64,000 nucleotides of DNA from Acidimicrobiales bacterium (GCA_050008715.1 JBEKMC010000010.1:10545-74544); one strand, 5' to 3'; positions 46,497 to 56,443 are shown, counted from the first letter of the stretch. The notes: a model not told the origin generated them from the sequence alone. Numbers and translations: made by a program.

Positions 46497-48068
46497 ATGG
46501 CGTCGTCGAGGGCTTCTGAGGCCTTGCAGTTCGACTTTGCGTCGCCGGACGCGGACGCCGTCGAGCGGGGCAGGGAGGTCGAGGACCGGTCGCCCACCTC
46601 GAAGGAGCCCGAGTCCAGCCATAGCCTGGAACCACCCGGCCGCCACCCGGAACCCGGCCTCGACGTGGAGGCCGGCGTGCGTCGGTGGGGTCACGAGACT
46701 GAACCGGAATGGCACGGTGACGAGCTCGACACGCTCGAAGCCGGGTCGAGCGCGGATTCGGCGCTCACGGTGGCAGAATTCTACGACCGCGTGAAGTCGG
46801 CCCTCAGGATGGAGTTCCCGACTGAGGTCTGGGTGACGGGCGAGATCCGCAAGGTCTCCGTGAGCAAGGGCAACCGGTACCTCGAGCTCGCCGACCACGG
46901 TGCTCCCAACGGCCGGGGCAGCACGGCGATGCTGGATGTCGCCTGCTGGTCGCGCGACTGGCCGCTGATCGGTGCCGAGCTGAAATCGGTCGGCCTCGAG
47001 TTGACCGCCGGTCTCGTGGTGCGAATCCGCGGCAGGGTCGGTGTCTGGGACGGCGCCGCCAAGCTGCGTTTCTCCATGACCGACCTCGACGTGGCAGCGT
47101 TGCTCGGTGGCATCGCGGCGGCTCGGCGCAAGCTGCTGCTGGCGCTCGAAGCCGAGGGCCTGCTCGGGGCAAATCGCCGGCTCGCCGTGCCGCTCGTCCC
47201 GATGAGGATCGGTCTCGTCACAAGTGCGGGCTCCGAGGCCTACCGGGACTTCACGGGGCAGCTGAAGCGCTCTGCCTACCGCTTCGACATTCGCCTCGAG
47301 GCGTCGGCCGTGCAGGGACCCGAGGCGCCTCAGCAGATCGCCGCCGCAATCCGCAGGCTCCACGACTTCAGGCCGGACGTGATCGTGCTCGTCCGCGGCG
47401 GCGGTGGCCGCGGAGACCTCGCGGCCTTCGACAGCGAGCACGTCGCCCGGGCGATCGCGAGCTCGCGCCATCCCGTCTGGACGGGTATCGGCCACACGGG
47501 CGACCGGTCGGTGGCCGACGAGGTCTGCCAGCGGGCGCTCATCACCCCGTCGGGCTGCGGCGAGGCCATCGTCACGGCAGTCACGGCCTACTTGGAGGGG
47601 ATCGGGGACTCGGCCCAGGCGATTGCGAGCCGCGGCCGGGCTGCCATCGACAGAGCAGATGCCCGCGTCGCCGACACCAGGATCCGCCTCGCTGGGGCCG
47701 CCCGCCACGAGCTCTCCCAGGCAAACGCCTCGCTCGTGCTCTCGAGCAACCGCGCCGTGCACGCCGCCGTCGTCAGCCTCGAGCGCAATCGCGCCGCCGT
47801 TGGGACCCAGGCGCAGCACCTCGCCCACGTCGCCGGTCATCTGCTGCAGAGCGAGGAGCAGCGCGTCACGAACCTGCGAGGCATGCTGGCGGCCTTCGAC
47901 CCGCGGCGGCAGCTCGCCCGAGGCTGGTCGCTCACGAAGACGACCGACGGCCGAGTGCTCCGCTCCGTCGCCGAGCTGGCCCTTGCCGACAGGATCGTCA
48001 CGACGTTCGCCGACGGCAACGTGACCTCGAACGTGGAGCACATCTCGAGAATCGAGGAGACGCAGTGA
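46497..48068 (+). CDS. xseA: Exodeoxyribonuclease VII large subunit, with a ~90-aa acidic/Pro-rich N-terminal extension
   Basis: OB-fold start LTVAEFYDRVKSALRMEFPTEVWVTGEI. Also RGGGGRGDLAAFD and a C-terminal coiled-coil. Start candidates are GTG 46467, ATG 46497 and GTG 46770. Third-codon positions in 46497-46770 are mostly G/C, which favours translation of the extension. Confidence 0.85.
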   Translation: MASSRASEALQFDFASPDADAVERGREVEDRSPTSKEPESSHSLEPPGRHPEPGLDVEAGVRRWGHETEPEWHGDELDTLEAGSSADSALTVAEFYDRVKSALRMEFPTEVWVTGEIRKVSVSKGNRYLELADHGAPNGRGSTAMLDVACWSRDWPLIGAELKSVGLELTAGLVVRIRGRVGVWDGAAKLRFSMTDLDVAALLGGIAAARRKLLLALEAEGLLGANRRLAVPLVPMRIGLVTSAGSEAYRDFTGQLKRSAYRFDIRLEASAVQGPEAPQQIAAAIRRLHDFRPDVIVLVRGGGGRGDLAAFDSEHVARAIASSRHPVWTGIGHTGDRSVADEVCQRALITPSGCGEAIVTAVTAYLEGIGDSAQAIASRGRAAIDRADARVADTRIRLAGAARHELSQANASLVLSSNRAVHAAVVSLERNRAAVGTQAQHLAHVAGHLLQSEEQRVTNLRGMLAAFDPRRQLARGWSLTKTTDGRVLRSVAELALADRIVTTFADGNVTSNVEHISRIEETQ

Positions 48069-48382
48069 CAGATACGGACAGCCCCGGTTTGACGGCAGCG
48101 AGCCGTCCTGCGGCGGTCGCGGCGCCCGAGCCGGCGGCAATGCCGGTAGAGGGGCTTGGATACTCCGAAGCCGCCGCCGAGCTGGACCGGATCATCGCGG
48201 AGTTGGACCGCGGCGTCATCGACGTCGACGTGCTCGAGGTCCGGCTCCGCCGGGCGGTCGAGATCGTCGAGGAGCTCGACCGGCGCATCCGGGGCGCACG
48301 CGAGCGTGTGAACGCCATCCTGCCTCGGCTGGAGTCCGCCGGCCGTGGCGAGGCTGACATCGACGGCCCAGCTACGGTGTGA
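48065..48382 (+). CDS. xseB: Exodeoxyribonuclease VII small subunit
   Basis: GTGA overlap with xseA. The core is YSEAAAELDRIIAELDRGVIDVDVLEVRLRRAVEIVEELDRRI. Confidence 0.85.
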   Translation: MTDTDSPGLTAASRPAAVAAPEPAAMPVEGLGYSEAAAELDRIIAELDRGVIDVDVLEVRLRRAVEIVEELDRRIRGARERVNAILPRLESAGRGEADIDGPATV

Positions 48383-48386
48383 CGCC

Positions 48387-49274
48387 ATGGCAGACAGGAT
48401 CGAGCACATCGGAGTGGTCGGATCCGGCCTGATGGGCTCGGGCATCACAGAGGTGTGTGCTCGGGCCGGGCTGGACGTGATCGTCGTGGAGACCGACGCC
48501 ACGACAGCCGAGCGGGGTCAGGAGCGGCTGCAGAAGTCGTTGCAGACCGGCGCGCGGCGGGGAAAAATCACCGAGGAACAGGCAGAAGCGGCATTCGCGA
48601 GGGTTCGCTATGCCACGAGCCTTGACGAGCTCGCCGATCGGGAGCTCGTCGTCGAGGCGGTCACCGAGGACGCCGCCGCCAAGGTGAAGGTCTTCCGGAC
48701 GCTTGACAGGGTGGTCGCCTCCGAGCAGGCCATCCTCGCCTCCAACACGTCCTCCATACCGATCATGAAGCTCGCCACGGTCACGAGCCGGCCCGAGCAG
48801 GTGCTCGGCCTGCACTTCTTCAACCCCGTACCGGTGCTACGCCTCGTCGAGCTCGTCACGTCGCTCATGACGAGCGACGTCGTCGTCGACCGGGCGACGG
48901 AGTTCGTCACCGGTCCCCTCGAAAAGCGCGTGATCCGTTCGCAGGACCGAGCCGGGTTCGTCGTGAACTCGCTGTTGATCCCGTACCTGTTGTCGGCGGT
49001 GCGCATGCTCGAGTCGGGTTTCGCCACTCGTGACGACATCGACGCCGGGATGATCGAGGGCTGCGCCCACCCGATGGGGCCGCTGGCGCTCAGTGACCTC
49101 ATCGGGCTCGACACGATGCAGGCGGTGGCGGAGTCGCTCTACGACGAGTTCAAGGAGCCCCTCTACGCGCCGCCGCCACTGTTGCTGCGGATGGTGGAGG
49201 CGGGGTTGATGGGTCGCAAGAGCGGGCGCGGTTTCTACGAGTACGGCCGGCAGACCGCGCAGGCCCCCGCTTGA
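48387..49274 (+). CDS. 3-hydroxyacyl-CoA (3-hydroxybutyryl-CoA) dehydrogenase
   Basis: Frame of ORF 48345..49274 with the start at ATG 48387. Rossmann motif IGVVGSGLMGSGI; also SNTSSI, HFFNPV and GFVVNS. Confidence 0.9.
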   Translation: MADRIEHIGVVGSGLMGSGITEVCARAGLDVIVVETDATTAERGQERLQKSLQTGARRGKITEEQAEAAFARVRYATSLDELADRELVVEAVTEDAAAKVKVFRTLDRVVASEQAILASNTSSIPIMKLATVTSRPEQVLGLHFFNPVPVLRLVELVTSLMTSDVVVDRATEFVTGPLEKRVIRSQDRAGFVVNSLLIPYLLSAVRMLESGFATRDDIDAGMIEGCAHPMGPLALSDLIGLDTMQAVAESLYDEFKEPLYAPPPLLLRMVEAGLMGRKSGRGFYEYGRQTAQAPA

Positions 49275-49636
49275 GCAGCGCTTCAGGTTACGAGCGGGAG
49301 ACCGACGATCGACCCTGGGGCAGCTACGTGGTGCTCGACGAGGGCGCCCACTACAAGGTCAAGCGAATCGTCGTACGTGCCGGCAAGCGACTCAGCCTCC
49401 AGATCCACAAGAAACGGTCGGAGCACTGGTTCGTCGTCGAGGGCTCGGGACGGGTGACCGTCGGTGAGGGCTTCGTCGATGTGACCGTCGGCGACGCCGT
49501 GGATCTCCCGGTTGGCACGGCTCACCGGGTCGAGAACACTGGTGACGTCGATCTGGTCTTCATCGAGGTGCAGCACGGGGAGTCCTTCGCAGAGGACGAC
49601 ATCGTGCGCCTCGAGGACGACTTCGGGCGAACGTAG
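49271..49636 (+). CDS. Cupin-domain protein (type II phosphomannose isomerase C-terminal-like)
   Basis: Contains RPWGSY, KRIVV..G..LSLQ.H..RSEHWFVVEG and GTAHRVEN. The TTG start overlaps the hbd stop. Confidence 0.78.
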   Translation: MSSASGYERETDDRPWGSYVVLDEGAHYKVKRIVVRAGKRLSLQIHKKRSEHWFVVEGSGRVTVGEGFVDVTVGDAVDLPVGTAHRVENTGDVDLVFIEVQHGESFAEDDIVRLEDDFGRT

Positions 49637-49644
49637 TCGCCGGC

Positions 49645-50955
49645 TCAGCTCGAGAGCACGACCGGGAGCTCGGCCAGACCGCGCAACGTGATGCGGTTCT
49701 TGAACGCAGGCGCTTCCGTCGCCAACTCGATCGAGCGGTAACGGGCGAGGAGACGATCGAAGGCGACCTGGCCCTCGGCTCGCGCCAAGGACGCGCCGAG
49801 GCAGAAGTGAATGCCGCTCGCGAAGCTCATCGGCGGCCCCTCGTCGCGGCGAAGGTCGAGCCGCTCGGGATCGCTGAATCGAGCCGGGTCGCGGTTGGCA
49901 GCACCGAGGACGGTGATGATCTCGCTGCCGGCAGGGATTGGCAGGCCGGCGAGCTCGATGTCCTCGAAGGCATGGCGGCCGTCGAACTGCACCGGGCTGT
50001 CATAGCGGAGGAGCTCCTCGACCGCCGCCCGCATGGTGGCGCCCTCGCGGTTGCCGGCAGTGCCCTCGCAGGCGAGGTCCGCCCGGAGCCGGGCGAGCTC
50101 GTCGGGGTGCCGAAGGAGGGCGAGGAGGCCGTTGCCGATGAGATTGGTCGTCGTCTCAAAACCCGCCCCGAACAAGAGGATGGCCGTCGAGATCAGCTCC
50201 ATCTCGGTGAGCTTGTCCGTGCCTTCCTCGACGGCGATGAGGCCGCTGAGCAGGTCATCGAGAGGAGCCCGGCGACGGACGGCGACGAGGTCGGCGAAAT
50301 ACTCCTCGAGCTCGGCCTGCGCCTCGAAGGCCGGCTCGATCTCGTCGTCGGCGATGACGGGTTCGAGAAGCACCGTGGCTCGTCCCATGACCTCTCGAAA
50401 GCGCGGCCAGTCCTTGGATGGGACGCCCAGCATCTTCGAGATGACCGCCACGGGCAACCGGTAGGCGAGCACCTCCATGATGTCGACGACCTCGCCGGTC
50501 GGGATGCGATCGAGCAGGTCGTCGACCAGTTCCACGATGTCGGGGCGCAGCCGCTCGACTGTCCTCGGCGTGAAGGCCTTCGAGACGAGCGCACGGAGGC
50601 GAGTGTGGTCAGGCGGATTCAGGAACAAGAGCGAGCGGCGGTCTGTCGTGAGCTCGAGGATCCTCGGGAAGATCTCGAGGTGGCCGAACCGCTCCCGCAC
50701 CCGCTCCTCCCGGTCCGCCTCCTCCTTGCCGAGGCGGGGGTCGCGCAGGGCGAACTGGCATTCCTCATAGCGCGTGCAGACGACGAAACCCACGCCCGAG
50801 CGGTATACGGGCGCCGCCTCCCGCAGCAGGCGGTAGCGGCCGTAGGGATCTTGGCGGCCTTCTGGCGTGCCGATGGTCTCGAGGAAGAGCGCATCCAGCT
50901 CCGGAACGGCGGAAGGCCAGTCGTTGGCCTTGTCGCTCGTACGTAGGTCCACCAT
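49645..50955 (-). CDS. Cytochrome P450
   Basis: Frame of ORF 49645..51285 with the start at ATG 50955. Contains AGFETT (I-helix), ELLR (ExxR) and the heme loop FASGIHFCLGASLA. Confidence 0.92.
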   Translation of the reverse strand: MVDLRTSDKANDWPSAVPELDALFLETIGTPEGRQDPYGRYRLLREAAPVYRSGVGFVVCTRYEECQFALRDPRLGKEEADREERVRERFGHLEIFPRILELTTDRRSLLFLNPPDHTRLRALVSKAFTPRTVERLRPDIVELVDDLLDRIPTGEVVDIMEVLAYRLPVAVISKMLGVPSKDWPRFREVMGRATVLLEPVIADDEIEPAFEAQAELEEYFADLVAVRRRAPLDDLLSGLIAVEEGTDKLTEMELISTAILLFGAGFETTTNLIGNGLLALLRHPDELARLRADLACEGTAGNREGATMRAAVEELLRYDSPVQFDGRHAFEDIELAGLPIPAGSEIITVLGAANRDPARFSDPERLDLRRDEGPPMSFASGIHFCLGASLARAEGQVAFDRLLARYRSIELATEAPAFKNRITLRGLAELPVVLSS

Positions 50956-51001
50956 GCCTCGGAACTGTAGTTCGCCCTGTTTCGCCGCTGGCCTACAGCC
51001 G

Positions 51002-51052
51002 TCGAGAGATATCTCTTGACAACTAACTCTCGATAGATATAATGCGAGAGAT
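51002..51052 (+). promoter_or_regulatory. Consensus sigma-70 promoter (TTGACA-16-TATAAT) embedded in nested palindromes (candidate operator)
   Basis: -35 TTGACA at 51016-21 and -10 TATAAT at 51038-43. Perfect 12-bp palindrome AGAGATATCTCT at 51005-16. TCGAGAG (51002-08) pairs with CTCTCGA (51027-33). GAGAGAT occurs again at 51046-52. The patch is AT-rich. Confidence 0.6.
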
Positions 51053-51199
51053 GACTCTTCACCAGAACGCAAAGCACCTCGGAAAAGACGCCACCTGCCG
51101 CACCACACGCCGGCGGTGGTGGGTCCTCGAGGGCAAATTCCGGCGCGCGTGGCCGTCGGAGACCCGGGCTCCACTGATCTCCACCGGAATCCCCCGGCG

Positions 51200-51811
51200 G
51201 TGACCGGCGAGCCCAGCGCCGGCGAGCCCAGCGCCGGCGAGCCCAGCGCCGGCGAGCCCAGGGATCCTCGGGAGCTCCGGGCCATGACCCACCCGGTGCG
51301 GCTCGCGCTGCTCGAGGTGCTCCACCTTCACGAGATGCTGACGGCGACGGAGGCGGGCGAGCTGATCGGCGAGTCGCCGACAACGTGCTCGTTCCACCTG
51401 CGCCAGCTCGCCAAGTACGGGTTCGTGGAGGAGGCAGGCGACGCACCGGGACGCCGGCGGCCGTGGCGGCTGGCGACGCGGGGTGTCCGCTTCTCCGCCG
51501 CCAGCGGCGACCCGGAGATGGGGGCTGCCTCGATCGCCCTCGAGGGGCTCCTCGTGGAGCGCTGGATCGAGCGTTTCTCACAGTGGCAGCGAGCCCGGAG
51601 CCACTATCCCGACGAGTGGCAGGAGGCGGCCATGGTCGACGAATTCCTCCTGCACCTCACCCCTGCTGAGCTGCATGCCATCCAGACCGAGGTGCTGGCC
51701 TTGGTCGACCGGTACCACGCCCGCAACATCGACCCGTCACTGCGCCCAGAAGGCTCGCGCCCGGTGGAGATCGTGGCGTTCGGCTACCCGTACATCGGAG
51801 CGGAACGATGA
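51200..51811 (+). CDS. ArsR-like winged-helix transcriptional regulator with an N-terminal GEPSA repeat
   Basis: Frame of ORF 51116..51811. GTG 51200 is chosen because the family motif DPRELRAMTHPVRLALLEVL must be included. HTH is LTATEAGELIGESPTTCSFHLRQLAKYGFV. ATGA overlap with the MFS gene. Confidence 0.75.
   Translation: MTGEPSAGEPSAGEPSAGEPRDPRELRAMTHPVRLALLEVLHLHEMLTATEAGELIGESPTTCSFHLRQLAKYGFVEEAGDAPGRRRPWRLATRGVRFSAASGDPEMGAASIALEGLLVERWIERFSQWQRARSHYPDEWQEAAMVDEFLLHLTPAELHAIQTEVLALVDRYHARNIDPSLRPEGSRPVEIVAFGYPYIGAER
51206..51261 (+). repeat. 15-bp tandem repeat x3.7 (ggcgagcccagcgcc; GEPSA)
   Basis: Three identical units plus a partial fourth, read directly from the sequence. Confidence 0.9.
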
Positions 51812-53154
51812 AGCAGCTGCTGAAGATCCCGAACGCCCGCTGGTATCTCGGCGGCCAGACGTTCTCGCTCTTCGGCGACGTCGCCCTCTGGCTGGCGATG
51901 GGAATCTGGGTGAAGGAGCTGACCGGGAGCTCCGGCCAGGCAGGGCTCACGTTCTTCTTCTTCGGGTTGGCCACGCTCCTCGCGCCGCTCGCCGGCCTCG
52001 TCGTGGACCGGCTCCGCCGGCGTCCCGTTCTCATCTGCGCCAACATCGTCGGCGCGCTCGTCGTGCTCGGTTTGTTGTTCGTCCACGGTCGCGGCCAGGT
52101 GTGGCTCATCTGGCTCATCGCCTTCCTCTACGGCACGGTGAACTCGTTCCTCAGCGCCGCTCAGTCGGGACTCCTCGTCACGATGCTTGACGACGAGCTG
52201 CTCGGGGATGCCAACGGGTTCCTGCAGACCGTTCGGGAGGGCTTGCGTCTCGTCGGGCCGTTGGCGGGCGCGGCGCTGTTTGCCGCTTTCGGGGGCGGGA
52301 CGGTGGCGATGGTCGACTCCGGCACGTTTCTCGTTGCAGCGGGTGCCCTCGCCTTCGTACACGTGGCCGAGGAGCGTCCGAGGCGCGTCGAGCAGCATCG
52401 TTGGGAGGAGATCACCGCCGGCGTGCGCCATCTCTGGCGAATTCTCGTGCTGCGTCAGGTCGTCCTGGCGGCAGCCATTGCCTGTCTCGTGATCGGATTC
52501 TTCGAGTCGATCGTCTTTGCCGTCGTGAGCCAGGGCCTGCACCGGAACCCCCCGTTCCTCGGCGTCATCCTTGCCGTCCAAGGCATCGGGGCCGTCGCCG
52601 GCGGCGTGATGTCGGCACGATCGGTGCGCCGCTTCGGCGAGGGGCCCGTTGTGGGGGTCGGTCTGCTCATGCTGGCGGGCGGTGCCGTGTTCGAGATTCC
52701 CCCCGACGTCCCGTCGGTCTTCGCCGGCATCATCATCCTCGGTGCGAGCCTGCCGCTGATCATCGTCGGCCTCATGACGCTCCTCCAGCGACGGACGCCG
52801 AACGAATTGCAGGGCCGTGTGTCCTCGGCGGCGGACACGTTGATCTCGGTGCCGCAGACGCTGTCGATCGCCGTCGGAGCGATCCTCGTGAGCCACGTCG
52901 ACTACCGGTACCTGCTGGCTGCCATCGCGGTGGTGGTCGCCGCCTCGGCGGTCTATCTCCTCACGAGGCCGGAGCAGTGGGTGCGTTTGGGCGACGGCGG
53001 AGCCCGCTCCACGGGCACAGGCGCCGCCGAGATGGACAAGAGCGCCCTCGGCCTGGCGGCGGAGGCGGAGCGCTTCCTCCCCGACGCCGCCGCCGGTAGG
53101 TTCGAGGAGCCGGACGGTGCCGCGCCGCGACCGGAGTCGACCGAAGCGAGGTAA
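51808..53154 (+). CDS. MFS transporter
   Basis: 448 aa with about 12 hydrophobic segments. The VVDRLRRRP loop motif lies between TM2 and TM3. Confidence 0.82.
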   Translation: MKQLLKIPNARWYLGGQTFSLFGDVALWLAMGIWVKELTGSSGQAGLTFFFFGLATLLAPLAGLVVDRLRRRPVLICANIVGALVVLGLLFVHGRGQVWLIWLIAFLYGTVNSFLSAAQSGLLVTMLDDELLGDANGFLQTVREGLRLVGPLAGAALFAAFGGGTVAMVDSGTFLVAAGALAFVHVAEERPRRVEQHRWEEITAGVRHLWRILVLRQVVLAAAIACLVIGFFESIVFAVVSQGLHRNPPFLGVILAVQGIGAVAGGVMSARSVRRFGEGPVVGVGLLMLAGGAVFEIPPDVPSVFAGIIILGASLPLIIVGLMTLLQRRTPNELQGRVSSAADTLISVPQTLSIAVGAILVSHVDYRYLLAAIAVVVAASAVYLLTRPEQWVRLGDGGARSTGTGAAEMDKSALGLAAEAERFLPDAAAGRFEEPDGAAPRPESTEAR

Positions 53155-53160
53155 CCGCGC

Positions 53161-54390
53161 ATGTCCCAAGCCATCGCCGTCGTCGGGGCGGGTCTGGCCG
53201 GACTGCGAGCATGTGAAGGCTTGCGCGCCCGCGGCTTCGACGGCCCTCTCACGCTCATCGGCGACGAGCCGCACCTGCCGTACGACCGGCCCCCGCTGTC
53301 GAAACAGTTCCTGGCCGGCAAATGGGACCTCGACCGCGTGATGCTGGCGACGCCGGAGAAGCTCGCGGCGCTGGGCGCCGAACTTCGCCTCGGCCCGTCG
53401 CACCAGGCCGTGGCGCTCGATCTCGACAGCCGCCGCTTGCAACTCGCCTCCGGCGAGACCGTGGCCTTCGACGGGCTCGTGCTCGCGACCGGCTCAGCCG
53501 CACGCCGGCTGCCCGGGATCAGCGACCTGCCGGGGGTCCATGTCCTCCGGACGCTCGACGACGCCCTGGCGCTGCGCGCGGTGATGGCGAGTCCCGGGGT
53601 GCGGCTCGGCCTCGCCGGGGCGGGTTTCATCGGCCTCGAAGTGGCCGCGACGGCCCGAGGCCTCGGCGCCGACGTCACGGTTGTGGAACCCCTCGACGTG
53701 CCCCTCGGCAGGGTGCTCGGCCCTGTCTCCGGAGGTGCCTGCGAGCGGATGCACCGCGAGGAGGGCGTCCGCTTCCGTCTCGACATGCTCGTCGAGTCGG
53801 TGGAGGCGGGCGAGCTGGGCCCGCTTCGGTGCCGCCTGTCGAGCGGCGAGGACCTCGAGGTCGACGCGCTTCTCGTCGGCATCGGAGCGGCTCCGTCGCT
53901 TTCCTGGCTGCACGGGAGCGGACTCGAGGCCGGCCCGGACGGCATCGTGTGCGACGACGCTCTCCTCGCCGCGCCGGGCGTGGTGGTTGCCGGCGACGTC
54001 GCTCGCTGGCCGCTCCCGCACGGCGAGAGCGTGCGTGTCGAGCATCGCACGAACGCTGCCGAGCAAGGTGACCATGCGGCGGCAAGCTTGCTCGCCCATC
54101 TCGGGCTGCTCACAGGCGGGTACCCGGAAGCGCCGGCGTCTTATCTCGTGCCGTACGTGTGGTCGGACCAGTACGACGTGAAAATCCAGGTTCTCGGCCT
54201 TCCCCGGCCGGACGACGACGTCGTCGTGGTGGAGGGCGACCCGGCCGATCGGCGGTTCGTCGCCCTGCACGGGAGAGGGGGGCGCCTGGTGGCGGTGGTG
54301 GGTTTTGCACGGCCGAGGCACGTGATGACCCTTCGCCCGCTCCTCGAGCGCCACGCAAGCCTCGAGGAGGCCAAGGCGATGTTCAGCTGA
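53161..54390 (+). CDS. FAD-dependent NAD(P)H:ferredoxin reductase family oxidoreductase
   Basis: FAD motif IAVVGAGLAG, DRPPLSK, and NAD motif LAGAGFIGLEVA. Confidence 0.85.
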   Translation: MSQAIAVVGAGLAGLRACEGLRARGFDGPLTLIGDEPHLPYDRPPLSKQFLAGKWDLDRVMLATPEKLAALGAELRLGPSHQAVALDLDSRRLQLASGETVAFDGLVLATGSAARRLPGISDLPGVHVLRTLDDALALRAVMASPGVRLGLAGAGFIGLEVAATARGLGADVTVVEPLDVPLGRVLGPVSGGACERMHREEGVRFRLDMLVESVEAGELGPLRCRLSSGEDLEVDALLVGIGAAPSLSWLHGSGLEAGPDGIVCDDALLAAPGVVVAGDVARWPLPHGESVRVEHRTNAAEQGDHAAASLLAHLGLLTGGYPEAPASYLVPYVWSDQYDVKIQVLGLPRPDDDVVVVEGDPADRRFVALHGRGGRLVAVVGFARPRHVMTLRPLLERHASLEEAKAMFS

Positions 54391-56443
54391 GCTGAACGAC
54401 CGGCTGGCGGCGGCGCCGCCTTCGGCCGAGCACGTCCCGCACGGACTTGATTGCCTGCTCAGCGCGAGCGCGCTCGTCCGGCGACGGCTGGCGACTCGCA
54501 TAGGCGGCGAGCGACAGGAGCTCGACGAGCTCGGGCAACGCACTCAGACCCGATGAGGGGGTGGAGCGGCGCAGGCGATCGGCGTACTCGGCCAGGGTCT
54601 CGGCCGGGAAGCGGGGCACACCGCCGCGAGCACCCGCACGTTCGAGCCGCAGCGCCAGCCGGCCGGCCCACGTCTTCGGAAGCGCCCGGCGCCGTCGCAG
54701 CTCGAAACGACGGGCGAGGACCGCAGCCACCAACACCCCCGCCATCCCGATCGGCAACCAGGGAAGGCCGGCGATCAGATGCCAGATGTCCGACAGGATC
54801 ACGGTGCCGGGGTTGGCAGGGGCGAGCGGGACGTAGGTGGTCGGGTCGAAGCTCTGCCAGCCGTGGCCGGGGAAGTACACCTGGACCCAGGCATGGGCGT
54901 CCTTCGCCTGTATCTCGTAGAGATCGCTGAGGGGGTCGAACGGCCCGGGCACGTAGCCGGTCGCCTCCCGGGCGGGCACTCCGACGGAGCGCAGCATGAC
55001 CGCCAGGGCCGTGGAGATCTGCTCGCAGTAGCCGATCCGGTTGCCGAAGAGAAACTCGTTGACGGCGTCCGCCCCGGGCAGCAGTGGCGGGATGTCGGTC
55101 GAGTACCGCGTGTGGTCTCCCATCCAGGTCTCGAGCGCTTGCACCTCGCCCACCAGCGTCGTGGCATGGGACTGGGCGATGATCGAGCGGGCGAGCGCCC
55201 GCACTCGTGCATACGGGTCGGGTGCGGGCAGCTCGAGGTCACGACCGAGCCGCACCCGGTCAGCCGCAGACAGCGGCGCCGCCGGCACGTCGCGCAACTG
55301 TGCGGGCGTCGCCTCGGTGTCCTGCGAGATGACCGTGTAGACGGTCCCAGGCGTCATGGCGACCGTCGAGCGGATCGAATTGTCACAGCCGAACACGAGG
55401 TCGTGTTCGGGGAAGTAGATCTGCCAGGGCTCAGACGTTGCGAACAGGATGTTCGGCAGGGACTGTTCGACGTAGAAGGTCTGCACGTTCTCGGAGCCGG
55501 CGACGTTCGACAGCTGGAACTGGCTGGGCGGTCCACCCGCCACCGGTTCGGTCGGCATCGGGAACGGTGACCCCGTGCGCTCCTCGACCGTCGAGCACCT
55601 CCCGGCGTTCGTCCAGCTCTGCCCGTCCCATGACGTGTACGTGAGGCCAAGGAAGTACCCGGGGTCGTTGGCCCGAACGCGCATGACGATCTCGTTGCCG
55701 AGCGTGCCCCGCAGTGCCGTGTCGAGCGGCCCGGCCATGCCCACGTAGCCTCCGACACCACCCGGCCGCCCCGCCCGCGCCGGCTCGGTCGGATTGGCGC
55801 CGCCTTCGGTGAGGCCACCGTTGGAGGGCAGGGCGAGGTAGGACGTGAGGGAGTTTGGCAAGGTGATGTCCTGGGATGCCCGGGGCGGGGGCAGGACGGC
55901 GTCGAGAAGGACGGCGACGACGAGGACGAGCACGGTGGCGCCGAGCAAGCCGGCGACCGGTACGGGTGACACCGCCTGGGCGGCGGCCACGGTGATGAGC
56001 GCTCCGGCGGCCGCCACGGAGAACAGGAGGTCGCGCCGAGCCGGCACGTCGAACGCGTGCACGACCTGTACCCAGGTGAACAAGCCCGCGAGCGGGACTT
56101 CGATCGAGCTCAGCTCACCGGTGTGGGCGGCGCCGAACACCTCGTAGACGAATTGCACGAAGACGGCGATGACGGCGCCCGCGAGGAGGATCTTCACCCA
56201 CCCCCACGGGCGCTTGCGCGTGAGGGCGGAGAATGTCATCCCCGCCGCGATGGCGATGCCTGCGACGAGCGCCGAGCTCGGAGACAGCTCGCCGACCGAC
56301 TCGCAGGCGAAGATCCCGACGAGGACGGCGATGAGCGTCGACGTTCGGAAGAAGGCGGAATTCTCAGGCGAGTGCGGGGCGTTCGCTCGCCGCACCATCT
56401 CGAAGAAACCCGTCCGCTCCTTCCGCCCGTCCTGCCTGCTCAC
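54383..56443 (-). CDS. Transglutaminase-domain membrane protein (TgpA-like)
   Basis: Multi-TM N-terminus. Transglutaminase core GYCEQISTALAVMLR, KDAHAWVQVY and SFDPT. One C-terminal TM segment. Confidence 0.85.
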   Translation of the reverse strand: MSRQDGRKERTGFFEMVRRANAPHSPENSAFFRTSTLIAVLVGIFACESVGELSPSSALVAGIAIAAGMTFSALTRKRPWGWVKILLAGAVIAVFVQFVYEVFGAAHTGELSSIEVPLAGLFTWVQVVHAFDVPARRDLLFSVAAAGALITVAAAQAVSPVPVAGLLGATVLVLVVAVLLDAVLPPPRASQDITLPNSLTSYLALPSNGGLTEGGANPTEPARAGRPGGVGGYVGMAGPLDTALRGTLGNEIVMRVRANDPGYFLGLTYTSWDGQSWTNAGRCSTVEERTGSPFPMPTEPVAGGPPSQFQLSNVAGSENVQTFYVEQSLPNILFATSEPWQIYFPEHDLVFGCDNSIRSTVAMTPGTVYTVISQDTEATPAQLRDVPAAPLSAADRVRLGRDLELPAPDPYARVRALARSIIAQSHATTLVGEVQALETWMGDHTRYSTDIPPLLPGADAVNEFLFGNRIGYCEQISTALAVMLRSVGVPAREATGYVPGPFDPLSDLYEIQAKDAHAWVQVYFPGHGWQSFDPTTYVPLAPANPGTVILSDIWHLIAGLPWLPIGMAGVLVAAVLARRFELRRRRALPKTWAGRLALRLERAGARGGVPRFPAETLAEYADRLRRSTPSSGLSALPELVELLSLAAYASRQPSPDERARAEQAIKSVRDVLGRRRRRRQPVVQLS

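Noticed and set aside
46464-48140. 558-aa minus-strand ORF opposite xseA.
   Set aside because: An antisense artefact of high GC content. The plus strand carries XseA and XseB with conserved motifs and a GTGA overlap.
50956-51285. N-terminal extension of the P450 ORF (MARSSRGSLGSPALGSPALGSPALG...).
   Set aside because: The extension is the antisense reading of the regulator's GEPSA repeat and runs through the AT-rich promoter patch. A canonical P450 N-terminus begins at ATG 50955.
51784-53442. 552-aa minus-strand ORF opposite the MFS gene.
   Set aside because: Antisense artefact with Arg/Glu/Asp-rich composition. The plus-strand product is a coherent 12-TM transporter.
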